Positions 52,061-63,235 of a stretch of 64,000 nucleotides of DNA are shown piece by piece. The first letter of the stretch is position 1. Each line of letters starts with the position of its first letter. This DNA is from an uncultured Methanosarcinaceae archaeon (GTDB lineage: Archaea; Halobacteriota; Methanosarcinia; Methanosarcinales; Methanosarcinaceae), in NCBI GenBank assembly GCA_963847185.1, contig CAWJYV010000008.1, positions 736,001-800,000 on the forward strand, read 5' to 3'. The position numbers were made by a program, and so were the translations under genes. The notes under the pieces are model-generated. The model saw nothing but the letters and a program-made list of their open reading frames with translations. It was not told the DNA's origin and did not search any database.

Positions 52061-53068
52061 TCATTCCTCTTCGGTTTCTTCGATTTCATCTTCAAGAGCG
52101 ATATCTTTTGATGTTACACCAAGGGAAGCCTCAAGAATTTTCTTTGTCTTTTCCCTGCATTTGCCCAGCACTTCTTCCATATCGGCGATCACATCAATTC
52201 CGGCAGCTCCTGAATGCCCTCCACCGGTGCCGTTGTATTCGTTGCTGATATCTTCCATCAGCTGGCCTAGATTAACTCCTGCACTTACAGCATCACGCTT
52301 TGCCCTTGCACTTATTCGAACGCTTTCACCTCTGGTTGTGCCAACAAAAGCAACATCTGCTCCAATGTTTATAAGCATCGATGATGCCGAGCCTCCGAAT
52401 GAACTTACATGGGAAGATGCGATAAGCATGTCCTGCACTCTATCAAGCTCAAGGCGGCTTGCCGCTTTCAGGATGGCTATACGCATTGAAATATCCTGTG
52501 GGGTAGCGGCCATAAGATCCAGCACTTCTCCATATTCAACTCCGCTGGCCTCTATGATCTTTGCCACTGTACGAAAAGTATCTGCTGACGCATGTTTGAA
52601 ATGTCCGGTATCAGTTACTATCCCCGTAAGCATCCCGATTCCCATTCTTCTGTTAATCGGTGCCCCGATTGATTTTAAAATATCATATACTATTTCCACA
52701 GTAGATGTAGTATTCCTGTGCAGGTAAAATTCGGCATTTTCTGTCAGGGCAGTAGTTGCATGGTGATCTATCACACAATAACTGGTAAGCTCTATCTCAT
52801 TTAATTGTGCCTTTGTCGAAGTATCAACTACGACAACAAAACCATAATTTGCAGGGTTCGGCTTATCCACTACTTCTATACCAAGTCTTTCAATCAGGAC
52901 AGATGCCACACGGTTACAGCCGTCTACAAGTCCGACTGTGCCTCCTATCGCTTGAGACAGGGCAAAAGCACTGCTAACCGCGTCCGGATCTGCGTTCCGG
53001 TGGCACAAATATAAAATGTTTCGATAGTCAAGGAGCCGGTTGAAAAACTCCGCTTCGTCAATTTGCAT
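52061..53068 (-). CDS. DHH-family phosphoesterase
   Basis: HRNADPDA, VVDT, IDHH, DTG and GGGH motifs. Confidence 0.92.
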   Translation of the reverse strand: MQIDEAEFFNRLLDYRNILYLCHRNADPDAVSSAFALSQAIGGTVGLVDGCNRVASVLIERLGIEVVDKPNPANYGFVVVVDTSTKAQLNEIELTSYCVIDHHATTALTENAEFYLHRNTTSTVEIVYDILKSIGAPINRRMGIGMLTGIVTDTGHFKHASADTFRTVAKIIEASGVEYGEVLDLMAATPQDISMRIAILKAASRLELDRVQDMLIASSHVSSFGGSASSMLINIGADVAFVGTTRGESVRISARAKRDAVSAGVNLGQLMEDISNEYNGTGGGHSGAAGIDVIADMEEVLGKCREKTKKILEASLGVTSKDIALEDEIEETEEE

Positions 53069-53191
53069 TGTCCACTCTGGCTACCGGTTTTATAACGTCA
53101 ATCTCCAAGGATCTGAAAATCTTCCAGGGTCTCAGCAAATTCTAATAAACTGAGTTTTCCTATTTCATATATATGGGAAATAAGAGCTAAA

Positions 53192-53545
53192 TTATTGTGC
53201 CCTGGAGCCCAGTGCCTGCTGGATCTGCTCCTGAAGCTGTTTAAAGCGTGATGTGAGTCTTTCCTCCTGCCTGGAGATGGACTGAAGCCTTAATGAAAGA
53301 GTTTCTTCTCTGTCTTTTAATTTTGAAACAGATTCCTCTTTGCTTGTTTTTATTACAAGCTCCCCTACATTCCGATAGACCACTGCATCGTCAGTAAGTC
53401 TTCCTAACTCTTCAAGAGCCATCTTGGACTCCTTCTGCATAGCTTCAATCTGGGATTTCTGCATGGTTAGAGCCTGGATCTGCTGCTGTACCTGCTGAAG
53501 CTGTGCTATCTGGTTCTGGATTTGAGGGGGTAATTCTGCAGTCAT
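53192..53545 (-). CDS. pfdB: Prefoldin subunit beta
   Basis: ELPPQIQ, coiled coils and the VYRNVGELVIK hairpin. Confidence 0.93.
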   Translation of the reverse strand: MTAELPPQIQNQIAQLQQVQQQIQALTMQKSQIEAMQKESKMALEELGRLTDDAVVYRNVGELVIKTSKEESVSKLKDREETLSLRLQSISRQEERLTSRFKQLQEQIQQALGSRAQ

Positions 53546-53843
53546 ATAATTTTCACCTGAGTCCTCAATAAACCTGAAGAGATTTTAATGTTTCTGTCCT
53601 TCCAGCATCCGACAGCCTCTTCCCCATACAAGGTTAGTTCGAAAGTTTCTCCAAATTAAACAATAAGTTCATATTAATTGATTAACAGTATAATAATTAT
53701 TGATCTAGGATGAAATTAAACTTAACTAATCCTGAACGTGATGATTGTAAAAATCGCTTAGCAAAGCAAAATTATATGTGAGTAATTATACTAATCTTCA
53801 TCAAGAGCTCAATTATAAACTCTAAACTAATATCAGGAGATAT

Positions 53844-54923
53844 TTGAAAATGGATAAAGGCGGAAACCTTAGAGAAATAAAGTCCCTTCTTGAAAAATTC
53901 ACAAACGCTCATGGAATTTCAGGCTCAGAAGATGATATCCGGGAACTTCTTGAAATGGAACTTGAACCTTACGTTGACAATATCCGAAAAGATGTCATGG
54001 GAAACCTTATAGCTGTCAAAAAAGGGGAAGGCCCTTCTATTATGCTGGCTGCTCATATGGACGAAATTGGGCTTATGGTGAGGTATATCGATGACAATGG
54101 TTTCCTCCGTTTTGTTGGGATCGGAGGGTGGTTCGATCAAACTCTTCTCAACCAGAGAGTTATAGTCCACGGAAAGAAGGGTTCCATTCCCGGAGTTATT
54201 GGATCCAAGCCTCCTCATGTAATGAAAGACGAAGACAGGAAAAAGCCTGTGAAACTGGAAGATATGTTTATTGACATTGGAGCAAAGGACAGGGAGGATG
54301 CTGAGAATCTAGGAATTGAAATAGGTACAGAGGCTTCTATTGACAGGGAATTTGTGTCCCTGGCAAATGGGAAGGTGACTTCCAAGGCATTTGACGATCG
54401 TGCAGGAATTGTGATCCTTATTGAAGTTATGAAGCGGCTCTCTAAACATAAGATTGAAGCTAACATTTATGCCGTAGGTACAGTTCAGGAAGAGGTAGGA
54501 CTCAAGGGAGCGAAAACCTGCGCTTTTGGAATTTGTCCGGTCGTTGCTCTTGCCCTTGATACCACCATTCCAGGAGATCATCCCGGTATTAGCAAAACCG
54601 ATTCGTCCCTTGAACTTGGGAAAGGACCTGTAATAACTGTAGCCGATGCATCGGGAAGAGGTCTTATAGCTCATCCTCAGATCCTCAAATGGCTTAAAGA
54701 AACGGCTGCCGAAAACAAGATCCCGTATCAACTGGGAGTTGGTTCGGGCGGCACTACTGATGCAACTTCAATACACCTCACAAAGGAAGGCATTCCTACA
54801 GGTACTGTCAGCATAGCTACTAGATATATTCACTCTCCTGTTGAAGTTCTGGACATTGCAGACATAGAATCCTGTGTTTCCCTGATTGTAAAGGCAATAG
54901 AAAATGTAAAAAGGTATTTCTAA
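53844..54923 (+). CDS. M42 family (TET) metalloaminopeptidase
   Basis: AAHMDEIG, KAFDDRAG, QEEVGLKGA and RYIHSPVE motifs. Confidence 0.92.
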   Translation: MKMDKGGNLREIKSLLEKFTNAHGISGSEDDIRELLEMELEPYVDNIRKDVMGNLIAVKKGEGPSIMLAAHMDEIGLMVRYIDDNGFLRFVGIGGWFDQTLLNQRVIVHGKKGSIPGVIGSKPPHVMKDEDRKKPVKLEDMFIDIGAKDREDAENLGIEIGTEASIDREFVSLANGKVTSKAFDDRAGIVILIEVMKRLSKHKIEANIYAVGTVQEEVGLKGAKTCAFGICPVVALALDTTIPGDHPGISKTDSSLELGKGPVITVADASGRGLIAHPQILKWLKETAAENKIPYQLGVGSGGTTDATSIHLTKEGIPTGTVSIATRYIHSPVEVLDIADIESCVSLIVKAIENVKRYF

Positions 54924-55308
54924 ATTTTTATAGGAATTTTCTAAAAATATTTCCTTGAAATTTCGAGAAAACTCTATTTTGAGGAAATCTCCGTTTTTTA
55001 TTTCTATTTTTTCTTCCAATTAAAGAATCATACAGCTATAATTACAGAATGAAAGCTTATCTCTTTCTTAAAAACCAGATCTATTGTTAACTGGAAACTA
55101 AAAATACTAGGTCTACCTATTGAAAAGGAGTTTCAAATATAGCCAGCACTGTTTCGTGAATTTTCTGAAAGAGTCGGGCTTCTAAGAAAAGATTTATCAT
55201 GTATAATAAGCATGATTCTGTAAAATAGGTGCAAATAGTATAAAATAGTTTTATATTATTCCCCTGTTTTACAAAATGAAGTTACCATAATAGAAAAAAA
55301 ACTGAGGG

Positions 55309-56799
55309 ATTATATTATTCGAAAATATCCGCTTTCTGGATACCACTTTGAGAGATGGTGAACAAACACCCGGAGTAGCCCTGACAAGAGAAAAGAAGCT
55401 CTTAATTGCACGGGCCCTTGATGAATTGGGGGTCTCGGTAATAGAAGCAGGCTCTGCTATAACTTCCGAGGGTGAAAGAGAATCGATCAAGGCTGTCGCA
55501 AATGCAGGTTTAGATGCCGAAATCTGCAGTTACTGCAGGATTGTGAAGATGGACGTTGACCACGCCCTTGAATGCGACGTTGATTCTATTCACCTTGTAT
55601 CGCCGGTCTCGGACCTGCATATCAGAACAAAGATCAAAAAGGATAGAGAGGCAGTAAGGCAGATCGTAGCCGAAGTAACGGAGTATGCCAAGGACCACGG
55701 CCTTATTGTAGAACTGAGTGGTGAAGATGCTTCTCGAGCAGATCTTGAGTTCTTAAAGGCTCTGTATGCGGACGGAATAGATGCAGGAGCTGACAGGTTA
55801 TGTTTCTGCGATACTGTAGGCCTTCTGGTGCCTGAAAGAACCACCGAGATTTTCCGGGACCTATCGGCTTCCCTTAAGGCTCCTATCAGTATTCATTGCC
55901 ACAACGATTTCGGTTTAGCAACTGCAAACACGGTTGCTGCCCTTGCGGCAGGAGCAAAGCAGGCTCACGTAACTGTAAACGGCTTAGGTGAAAGAGCAGG
56001 AAATGCAGCTCTGGAAGAAGTGGTCATGAATCTTGAATGGCTTTACAAGTATGACACCGGGATTAAGCATGAGATGCTTTACCGTACTTCAAGGCTTGTA
56101 AGCCGGCTTACAGGAGTTCCCGTATCCCCTAATAAGGCTCTTGTTGGAGGAAATGCGTTTACCCACGAAGCAGGTATTCATGTCCATGGCCTTCTCGCCG
56201 ACAAGGCAACCTACGAGCCAATGAGCCCTGAGTATATAGGAAGGCAGCGTCAGATCGTACTTGGTAAACATGCCGGAAGGAGCTCGATTACCCTTGCTTT
56301 AAAGGAAATGGGGCTTTCCGCTGATGACGCCCAAACAGAGGAGATTTTCATCAGGGTTAAGCAAATGGGTGACCAGGGTAAGCATATAACTGATGCTGAT
56401 CTGCAGACAATAGCAGAAACCGTGCTTGATATCTATAAAGAACCCCTGGTAAAATTAGAGGAATTTACCATTGTATCCGGAAATCGGGTGACTCCAACCG
56501 CTTCCATAAAGCTCAGTGTGAAAGACAAAGTGATAGTACAGGCCGGAATTGGGAATGGGCCTGTAGATGCTGTAATCAATTCTATCCGAAGAGCTGTAAG
56601 TTCCTGTGCGGAAGATATCATCCTTGAAGAATATCACGTAGACTCCATCACCGGCGGAACTGATGCCCTTGTAGAAGTAAGGGTAAAACTTTCCAAGGAC
56701 GGAAAGGTAATCACCGCAAGTGGAGCCAGAACGGACATCATCATGGCCTCTGTAGAAGCTGTGATGAACGGTATGAACCGCCTCATCCGAGTAGAGTGA
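55309..56799 (+). CDS. cimA: (R)-citramalate synthase (LeuA/CimA family); true start probably non-canonical and upstream of 55348
   Basis: In-frame IILFENIRFLDTTLRDGEQ, HCHNDFG, GLGERAGN and a C-terminal allosteric domain. It heads the ilv cluster; 2-isopropylmalate synthase is not excluded. Confidence 0.78.
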   Translation: MILFENIRFLDTTLRDGEQTPGVALTREKKLLIARALDELGVSVIEAGSAITSEGERESIKAVANAGLDAEICSYCRIVKMDVDHALECDVDSIHLVSPVSDLHIRTKIKKDREAVRQIVAEVTEYAKDHGLIVELSGEDASRADLEFLKALYADGIDAGADRLCFCDTVGLLVPERTTEIFRDLSASLKAPISIHCHNDFGLATANTVAALAAGAKQAHVTVNGLGERAGNAALEEVVMNLEWLYKYDTGIKHEMLYRTSRLVSRLTGVPVSPNKALVGGNAFTHEAGIHVHGLLADKATYEPMSPEYIGRQRQIVLGKHAGRSSITLALKEMGLSADDAQTEEIFIRVKQMGDQGKHITDADLQTIAETVLDIYKEPLVKLEEFTIVSGNRVTPTASIKLSVKDKVIVQAGIGNGPVDAVINSIRRAVSSCAEDIILEEYHVDSITGGTDALVEVRVKLSKDGKVITASGARTDIIMASVEAVMNGMNRLIRVE

Positions 56800-56939
56800 T
56801 TTCCAGAAAGGATTGAGCTTCAAAAGTTTCTCAGGGGAACTTTTCCGTTCCCTCTCTTTTTCCTTTTGTAGAAATTTTTGGAATGATAAGTTCTGTTATT
56901 TCTGGAATCCGAAGAAACCCTCATCCATATATACATGAT

Positions 56940-56977
56940 TGATTATGATGTATTTTGATTATGATGTATTTATAAAA
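56940..56977 (+). promoter_or_regulatory. 16-bp direct repeat abutting the TATA box of ilvB copy 1
   Basis: TGATTATGATGTATTT twice (56940-56971), running into TTTATAAAA. Confidence 0.5.
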
Positions 56978-57109
56978 TTCATAACAAAGCTTGTGAGTGT
57001 GAGAGATAAAAAAGTATTTCTGATAAACACACCTTACTGGAAGCTTGCTCATCTTTCAGGTGAGTATCCAGTTAAAACAACATTTCATGAGATAAGAAGG
57101 AGTTAAATA

Positions 57110-58876
57110 ATGACAACCGGGTCAACAGAAAAAGTTAATGGCGCAAGGGCTTTGATAATGTCCCTGGAAGAAGAAAGGGTTGACACCCTCTTCGGATATC
57201 CGGGTGGGCAGATCATTCCCTTTTACAACGAACTCTATGATTCAAGTCTGCGCCACATACTTGTACGCCATGAACAGGCAGCAGCTCATGCTGCGGACGG
57301 GTACGCCCGTGCTACTGGAAAGACCGGGGTCTGCGTTTCCACCTCAGGTCCCGGAGCAACTAACCTGGTAACAGGCATTGCTACCGCATATATGGACTCT
57401 GTACCTATCGTAGCCTTAACAGGCCAGGTTCCGAATTTCCTTATCGGTAATGATGCTTTCCAGGAAGCAGATATTACGGGAATTACCCTGCCCATTACCA
57501 AGCACAACTACCTCGTACAGGATGCTAAAGAACTCCCCAGAATTGTAAAAGAAGCCTTCCATATTGCTTCTACCGGAAGGCCTGGCCCGGTATTAATTGA
57601 CCTTCCAAAAGACGTTCAGAACGCGGAGATTGATTTTTATTACCCTGACAAGGTAGAGCTGAGAGGGTATAAGCCTACCTATAAGGGCAATATCCAGCAG
57701 ATCAAACGCGCTGCCGAGGAAATTGCAAACTCCTCAATGCCTATAATTTACGCAGGCGGTGGAGTGGTCAGTTCTAATGCTAGCGGTGAACTTGTGGAAC
57801 TGGCAGAAACTATCAATGCTCCGGTTACGACGACCCTTCTGGGAATAAGCTCGATTCCAACACAGCATCCACTGTATGTCGGGATGCTCGGAATGCACGG
57901 GACCAAATACGCAAACTACGCAATTCAAGAATCAGATCTTATTATTGCTGTGGGTGCAAGGTTTGATGACCGCGTGACCGGTAAACTCGAGTCTTTTGCT
58001 CCAAATGCCAGAATTATCCATATTGACGTCGACCCTGCTGAAATCTCCAAGAACGTAAAGGTTCACATTCCAATTGTCGGGGATGCAAAACAGGTACTCA
58101 AATCCCTGAATAAATATGTCAAGCACTGTAAATCCGGGGCATGGATTGAAAAAATAAATCAGTGGAAGAAAGAGTTTCCTCTAACCTACAGGAAGGGAAC
58201 TCAGAATGTAGTGATGCCTCAGTTTGTTATTGAGCAGATATCCGAAGTCTGTAAGGATGCAATCATAGTCACGGAAGTCGGACAGCACCAGATGTGGACA
58301 GCTCAGTTCTTCAAGTTCACAGATCCCCGGACTTTCCTTACATCAGGTGGGCTCGGCACAATGGGCTACGGATTCCCTGCAGCTATAGGAGCCAAGGTCG
58401 GAAGGCCGGATAAAACTGTTATTAACGTTGCAGGAGACGGATCTTTCCAGATGAACTCTCAGGAACTAGCTACTGTGGTTCAGAATGACATTCCTGTCGT
58501 TTCGGTGATCCTGAATAACGGTTACCTTGGAATGGTCAGACAGTGGCAGGAGCTTTTCTATGACAGGAGATATTCACACACCTTCATCAAGGGCAGTGTC
58601 GATTTCGTAAAGCTGGCAGAGGCCTACGGAGCTCTTGGAATACGTGTGGACAGGCCGTCCGAAGTCAGGCCTGCAATCGAGGAAGCTGTCAGGTCAGGTA
58701 GGCCGGCAGTTGTCGAAGTAATTGTTGAATGTGAAGCAAATGTCTATCCAATGGTGCCTGCAGGAGCTGCAATCAATGAGATTCTTGACATTGAAGAACA
58801 TGCAGACAGTCCCTGCGACATGCCTGATTTACGCAGTGCAAGAGCCGATGGAGTTCTTGACCTGGAGGAACACTGA
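57110..58876 (+). CDS. ilvB: Acetolactate synthase large subunit, copy 1
   Basis: [26 protein letters not shown] and LGMVRQWQ motifs. Confidence 0.95.
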   Translation: MTTGSTEKVNGARALIMSLEEERVDTLFGYPGGQIIPFYNELYDSSLRHILVRHEQAAAHAADGYARATGKTGVCVSTSGPGATNLVTGIATAYMDSVPIVALTGQVPNFLIGNDAFQEADITGITLPITKHNYLVQDAKELPRIVKEAFHIASTGRPGPVLIDLPKDVQNAEIDFYYPDKVELRGYKPTYKGNIQQIKRAAEEIANSSMPIIYAGGGVVSSNASGELVELAETINAPVTTTLLGISSIPTQHPLYVGMLGMHGTKYANYAIQESDLIIAVGARFDDRVTGKLESFAPNARIIHIDVDPAEISKNVKVHIPIVGDAKQVLKSLNKYVKHCKSGAWIEKINQWKKEFPLTYRKGTQNVVMPQFVIEQISEVCKDAIIVTEVGQHQMWTAQFFKFTDPRTFLTSGGLGTMGYGFPAAIGAKVGRPDKTVINVAGDGSFQMNSQELATVVQNDIPVVSVILNNGYLGMVRQWQELFYDRRYSHTFIKGSVDFVKLAEAYGALGIRVDRPSEVRPAIEEAVRSGRPAVVEVIVECEANVYPMVPAGAAINEILDIEEHADSPCDMPDLRSARADGVLDLEEH

Positions 58877-59361
58877 TGAAACATACACTCGCAGTGCTTG
58901 TGGAAAATAAGTCAGGCGTTCTTTCGAGAGTGGCTTCGCTTTTCTCCAGGCGCGGATACAATATCGACAGCCTGGCTGTGGGGATTACTGAAGACCCTGA
59001 GATTTCCAGAATGACCATTGTGGTCCACGGAGATGATCATGTTCTTGAGCAGGTCACAAAACAGCTGAACAAGCTTATCGACGTGATCAAGGTCTCGGAT
59101 ATAGGAGCCGATGACTCGGTTGAAAGGGAACTGGCCCTTATCAAGGTATCAGCTGATGTAGATACAAGAGCCGAAATTATCCAGATTGCAGATATCTTCA
59201 GGGCAAGGATAGTAGATGTGGCTCCCAAGTCAATGACTGTCGAGGTAACCGGAGATGAAGGCAAGATTAATGCTATCGAAAAACTCCTCCGGCAGTTCGG
59301 GATCAAAGAAATGGTCCGGACAGGTAAGATTGCCCTGGTTCGCGGCCCAAAGAAGGTTTGA
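58876..59361 (+). CDS. ilvN: Acetolactate synthase small subunit, copy 1
   Basis: ACT motif [20 protein letters not shown]; KQLNKLIDV. Confidence 0.95.
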   Translation: MKHTLAVLVENKSGVLSRVASLFSRRGYNIDSLAVGITEDPEISRMTIVVHGDDHVLEQVTKQLNKLIDVIKVSDIGADDSVERELALIKVSADVDTRAEIIQIADIFRARIVDVAPKSMTVEVTGDEGKINAIEKLLRQFGIKEMVRTGKIALVRGPKKV

Positions 59362-59420
59362 ATGTTAGTCTTCTCAAGAAACTATTCAGTGTATTTAAAA
59401 TAGGTCTAAGATACTGATTT

Positions 59421-59588
59421 GAAATTGTCAAAAACATTTGATTACCAGCCCATAAAAAATTAAAAAAACAATCAATAGCCATCAGTTACGGATTATGGAT
59501 CTCCAACTTATCCATTAAATCTTAACTATGATGGCTAATGATGTTGTTTTACTCCGGCTGATAGTTTTTGTTTTCAATTGACATTCTT
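59421..59588. other. Long imperfect inverted repeat between the ilvBN copies
   Basis: Nested pairs TGTCAA/TTGACA, CAGCC/GGCTG, AAAACAA/TTGTTTT, TAGCCATCA/TGATGGCTA, GTTA/TAAC, ATGGAT/ATCCAT. Confidence 0.75.
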
Positions 59589-59667
59589 TTTTCCAATTTT
59601 CTCAGGTATATACGATAGTTTGAAGATCAGTGGTGGGGTCTCTATCTAAGATTACTCAAGGAGATTT

Positions 59668-61362
59668 ATGATGACAATAGGGTCACCAGAGAAAGTTACT
59701 GGCGCCAGGGCTTTGATAAAAAGCCTTGAAAAAGAGGATGTTACCACCATGTTTGGTTATCCTGGCGCAGCACTGATCCAGATATATGACGAACTTTACG
59801 AGTCCGATCTTCGCCACGTACTTGTGCGCCATGAGCAGGCAGCTGTACATGCTGCAGATGGCTATGCTCGTGTAACAGGTAAAACTGGAGTATGTATGGC
59901 TACCTCTGGCCCCGGAGCAACCAATTTAGTAACCGGAATTGCAACTGCTTATATGGATTCCGTACCTGTAGTCGCGCTTACCGGTCAGGTCCCTCACTCT
60001 ATTATCGGGAATGATTGTTTTCAGGAAGCTGATATCACTGGGATTACTCTTCCCATTACAAAACACAGGTATCTAGTGCCGGAAGCAAAGGATCTGCCCC
60101 AAATAGTAAAAGAAGCTTTCTACATAGCCTCTACCGGCAGGCCGGGCCCTGTATTGATCGACATGCCAAAGGATGTGATCAACGGAGAATTTGAGTATCA
60201 TAATGTGGAAACCGTTAAACTTCGGGGTTACAGGCCTACATATCGTGGGAATGTTCAGCAGATCAAAAAGGCAGCCGAAGAAATCGCAAAATCCGTAAAT
60301 CCAGTAATTTATGCTGGTGGTGGAGTTATCAGTTCCAACGCAAGCGTCGAACTTGTGGAACTTGCCGAAACCTTGATGGCGCCTGTAACTACAACGCTTA
60401 TGGGCATAGGTTCAATCCCTGCCGAACACCCTCTTAATCTCGGGATGCTCGGAATGCATGGAAGCAAGTATGCAAATTACTCGGTTCAGGAATCCGACCT
60501 TCTCATTGCTGTCGGCGCCAGATTTGATGATAGGGTTACCGGAAGACTCCAGTCCTTTGCTCCGAACGCGAAAATTATCCACATTGATATTGATCCTGCT
60601 GAGATCTCAAAGAACGTGCCTGCACATGTTCCTATTGTTGGGGACGCTAAAATAATTCTCAAGTCTCTGATAAAACACGTAAAACAGTGCAGTTCCGAAG
60701 CCTGGCTTGAGAAAATCAGTCAGTGGAAGCGCGAATACCCTCTTTCTTACGAGCAGGGGAAAGCGATAAAACCTCAGTTTGTCATCGAGCAGATATCGGA
60801 AGCTTGCAAGGATGCAATCATCGTTACGGAGGTAGGGCAACATCAGATGTGGGCAGCTCAGTTTTTTAAATATCGCAACCCTCGTACCTTCATCACTTCA
60901 GGCGGACTCGGGACAATGGGTTACGGATTTCCTGCTGCAATAGGGGCCAAGCTAGGTAAGCCCGACAAAGTGGTCTTTGACATTTCAGGAGATGGTTCCT
61001 TCCAGATGAACTCCCAGGAACTTGCAACTGCTGTTCAGAACGACGTTCCTGTTATTTCGGTTATTCTGAATAACGGTTATCTGGGCATGGTCAGGCAGTG
61101 GCAGGAACTCTTCTATGATAGAAGGTATTCTCACACCTGCATAAAGGGAAGCGTGGATTTTGTCAAACTTGCTGAAGCTTATGGCGCTCTCGGGCTTCGG
61201 GTTGAACGTCCATCGGAGATTCTGCCTGCAATCAAAGAAGCAATTGCGTCAGGGCGTCCAACTGTTATTGATGTAGTTGTCGAATGTGAGGAAAACGTAT
61301 CACCCATGGTGCCGGCAGGAGCAGCAATTAATGAGTTCGTTGACCTGGAGGGAAACAAATGA
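59668..61362 (+). CDS. ilvB: Acetolactate synthase large subunit, copy 2
   Basis: Same motifs as copy 1; a clearly diverged paralog. Confidence 0.95.
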   Translation: MMTIGSPEKVTGARALIKSLEKEDVTTMFGYPGAALIQIYDELYESDLRHVLVRHEQAAVHAADGYARVTGKTGVCMATSGPGATNLVTGIATAYMDSVPVVALTGQVPHSIIGNDCFQEADITGITLPITKHRYLVPEAKDLPQIVKEAFYIASTGRPGPVLIDMPKDVINGEFEYHNVETVKLRGYRPTYRGNVQQIKKAAEEIAKSVNPVIYAGGGVISSNASVELVELAETLMAPVTTTLMGIGSIPAEHPLNLGMLGMHGSKYANYSVQESDLLIAVGARFDDRVTGRLQSFAPNAKIIHIDIDPAEISKNVPAHVPIVGDAKIILKSLIKHVKQCSSEAWLEKISQWKREYPLSYEQGKAIKPQFVIEQISEACKDAIIVTEVGQHQMWAAQFFKYRNPRTFITSGGLGTMGYGFPAAIGAKLGKPDKVVFDISGDGSFQMNSQELATAVQNDVPVISVILNNGYLGMVRQWQELFYDRRYSHTCIKGSVDFVKLAEAYGALGLRVERPSEILPAIKEAIASGRPTVIDVVVECEENVSPMVPAGAAINEFVDLEGNK

Positions 61363-61847
61363 AAAAGCACACACTTGCAGTTCTGGTTGAAAACAGATCC
61401 GGAGTCCTGGCAAGGGTTGCTGGGCTCTTTTCCAGGCGTGGATACAATATTGACAGCCTTGCAGTAGGCATTACGGAAGATCCCGAGATTTCCCGCATGA
61501 CAATAGTAGTCCAGGGAGGCGAAGCAGTCCTCGAGCAGGTCACAAAACAGTTTAATAAGCTCGTTGATGTGATCAAGGTTTCGGATATCGGAGAAGATGA
61601 TGCTGTAGAAAGGGAACTTGCTCTCATTAAAGTGGCAGCTGACGTAAACACCCGAGTTGAGATCATTCAGATTGCGGATATCTTCAGGGCTCGGATAATA
61701 GATATGGCTCCCAATTCAATGACTGTTGAGGTAACAGGGGATAAAGGCAAGATTGATGCTATCGAAAAACTCCTCCGGCAGTTTGGGATCAAAGAAATGG
61801 TCCGGACAGGTAAGATTGCCCTGGTTCGCGGCCCAAAGAAGGTTTAA
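61359..61847 (+). CDS. ilvN: Acetolactate synthase small subunit, copy 2
   Basis: [20 protein letters not shown] motif. Confidence 0.95.
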   Translation: MKKHTLAVLVENRSGVLARVAGLFSRRGYNIDSLAVGITEDPEISRMTIVVQGGEAVLEQVTKQFNKLVDVIKVSDIGEDDAVERELALIKVAADVNTRVEIIQIADIFRARIIDMAPNSMTVEVTGDKGKIDAIEKLLRQFGIKEMVRTGKIALVRGPKKV

Positions 61848-62152
61848 ATAATAAGGACAGATTATCAGAGGTAGCTGGTTAATTATTTTTCCACAAATCG
61901 GGGCAGCTGGAATCCCTTTAAAACCCTGAGATCTTCTTAAAGGTATGCTTGGAATTCCATGCCTTTCCTGAAATTTCAAAATGTTGCCTTTATCCACAAA
62001 AAGCAACTTTTGAAAATCAGCTTAATCAACTTAATTTTCAGGGATGTAGATGTATTCTATTGTATTAGAATACTTCCAAAATAATAATAATAGGAATTTC
62101 CCCTAAAAACTAAATAAATTATATTACCGAATAACTCACCAGGAGTTCAAAC

Positions 62153-63160
62153 ATGGCAACAATAATTTACGATAACGAAACCACTTTTGATGCACTTAAA
62201 GATAAGACAATTGCAGTCATGGGCTATGGAAGTCAGGGCCACGCCCACGCACGGAACCTCCATGAATCTGGTCTCAATGTTGTTGTTGGGCTCAGGAAAG
62301 GAAGTTCCAGCTGGGCAAAAGCCGAGAATGACGGCCTGAAGGTCCTGCCTGTGGCAGAGGCTGCAAAAGCCGCAGATGTTATTATGATTCTGCTTCCGGA
62401 TGAGAAACAATCTTCGGTCTACTACTCCGAAATCGAGCCAAATCTGAAGGCCGGTGATGCCCTGGTTTTTGCTCACGGTTTCAACATCCACTACAATCAG
62501 ATTGTGCCCCCGAAAAATGTAGACGTTTTTATGGTCGCCCCCAAAGGCCCCGGACATATCGTGAGAAGGACCTACACCGAAGGTATCGGAGTGCCTGGCC
62601 TTATTGCAGTCTACCAGGATGCAACTGGAAATGCCAGAGATCTCGCCCTTTCCTACGCCAAAGGTATCGGTGCTGCAAGGGCAGGCGTTTATGAAACCAC
62701 CTTCCGTGAGGAAACCGAGACAGACCTCTTCGGAGAACAGGTAGATCTCTGTGGTGGGCTCTCTGCTCTCATCAAGACAGCTTTTGAAGTGCTTGTGGAA
62801 GCAGGATACCAGCCTGAGATGGCCTACTTCGAAACCTGTCATGAAGTTAAACTCATTGTAGACCTTATCTACGAAGGCGGGCTTGAGAGAATGTGGCACT
62901 CCGTTTCCAACACCGCAGAATACGGAGGCATGACAGTCGGCCCCAAGATTATTAATGAATACTCCCGCGAAGCCATGTATGAAGCCCTTGAAAGGATTCA
63001 GAACGGCGAATTTGCCAAAGAATTCGTTCTCGAAGGCATGGTCAATCACCCTGTGCTCAAAGCCATGGAACGCCAGGAAAAGGAACACCAGCTTGAGATT
63101 GTAGGAAAGCAAATCCGTGCAAACATTCCCTGGCTCAACAAAAAGATTGATGATGACTGA
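62153..63160 (+). CDS. ilvC: Ketol-acid reductoisomerase
   Basis: [25 protein letters not shown] and [10 protein letters not shown] motifs. Confidence 0.97.
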   Translation: MATIIYDNETTFDALKDKTIAVMGYGSQGHAHARNLHESGLNVVVGLRKGSSSWAKAENDGLKVLPVAEAAKAADVIMILLPDEKQSSVYYSEIEPNLKAGDALVFAHGFNIHYNQIVPPKNVDVFMVAPKGPGHIVRRTYTEGIGVPGLIAVYQDATGNARDLALSYAKGIGAARAGVYETTFREETETDLFGEQVDLCGGLSALIKTAFEVLVEAGYQPEMAYFETCHEVKLIVDLIYEGGLERMWHSVSNTAEYGGMTVGPKIINEYSREAMYEALERIQNGEFAKEFVLEGMVNHPVLKAMERQEKEHQLEIVGKQIRANIPWLNKKIDDD

Positions 63161-63235
63161 TTTTGCTGTAATTGACAGTCTGTAAACAGAAGATTCATAA
63201 ATCTGGAAAGAGAAAATCAATCCGGAGGGAAATTA

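Noticed and set aside
52053-52727. 224-aa + strand ORF
   Set aside because: Antisense shadow of the DHH phosphoesterase gene.
55276-55290. Mini-ORF MKLP* as an attenuator leader peptide for cimA
   Set aside because: Only four codons, with no run of Ile/Leu/Val codons and no terminator/antiterminator structure.
62147-63220. 357-aa - strand ORF
   Set aside because: Antisense shadow of ilvC, a common result of biased codon usage.
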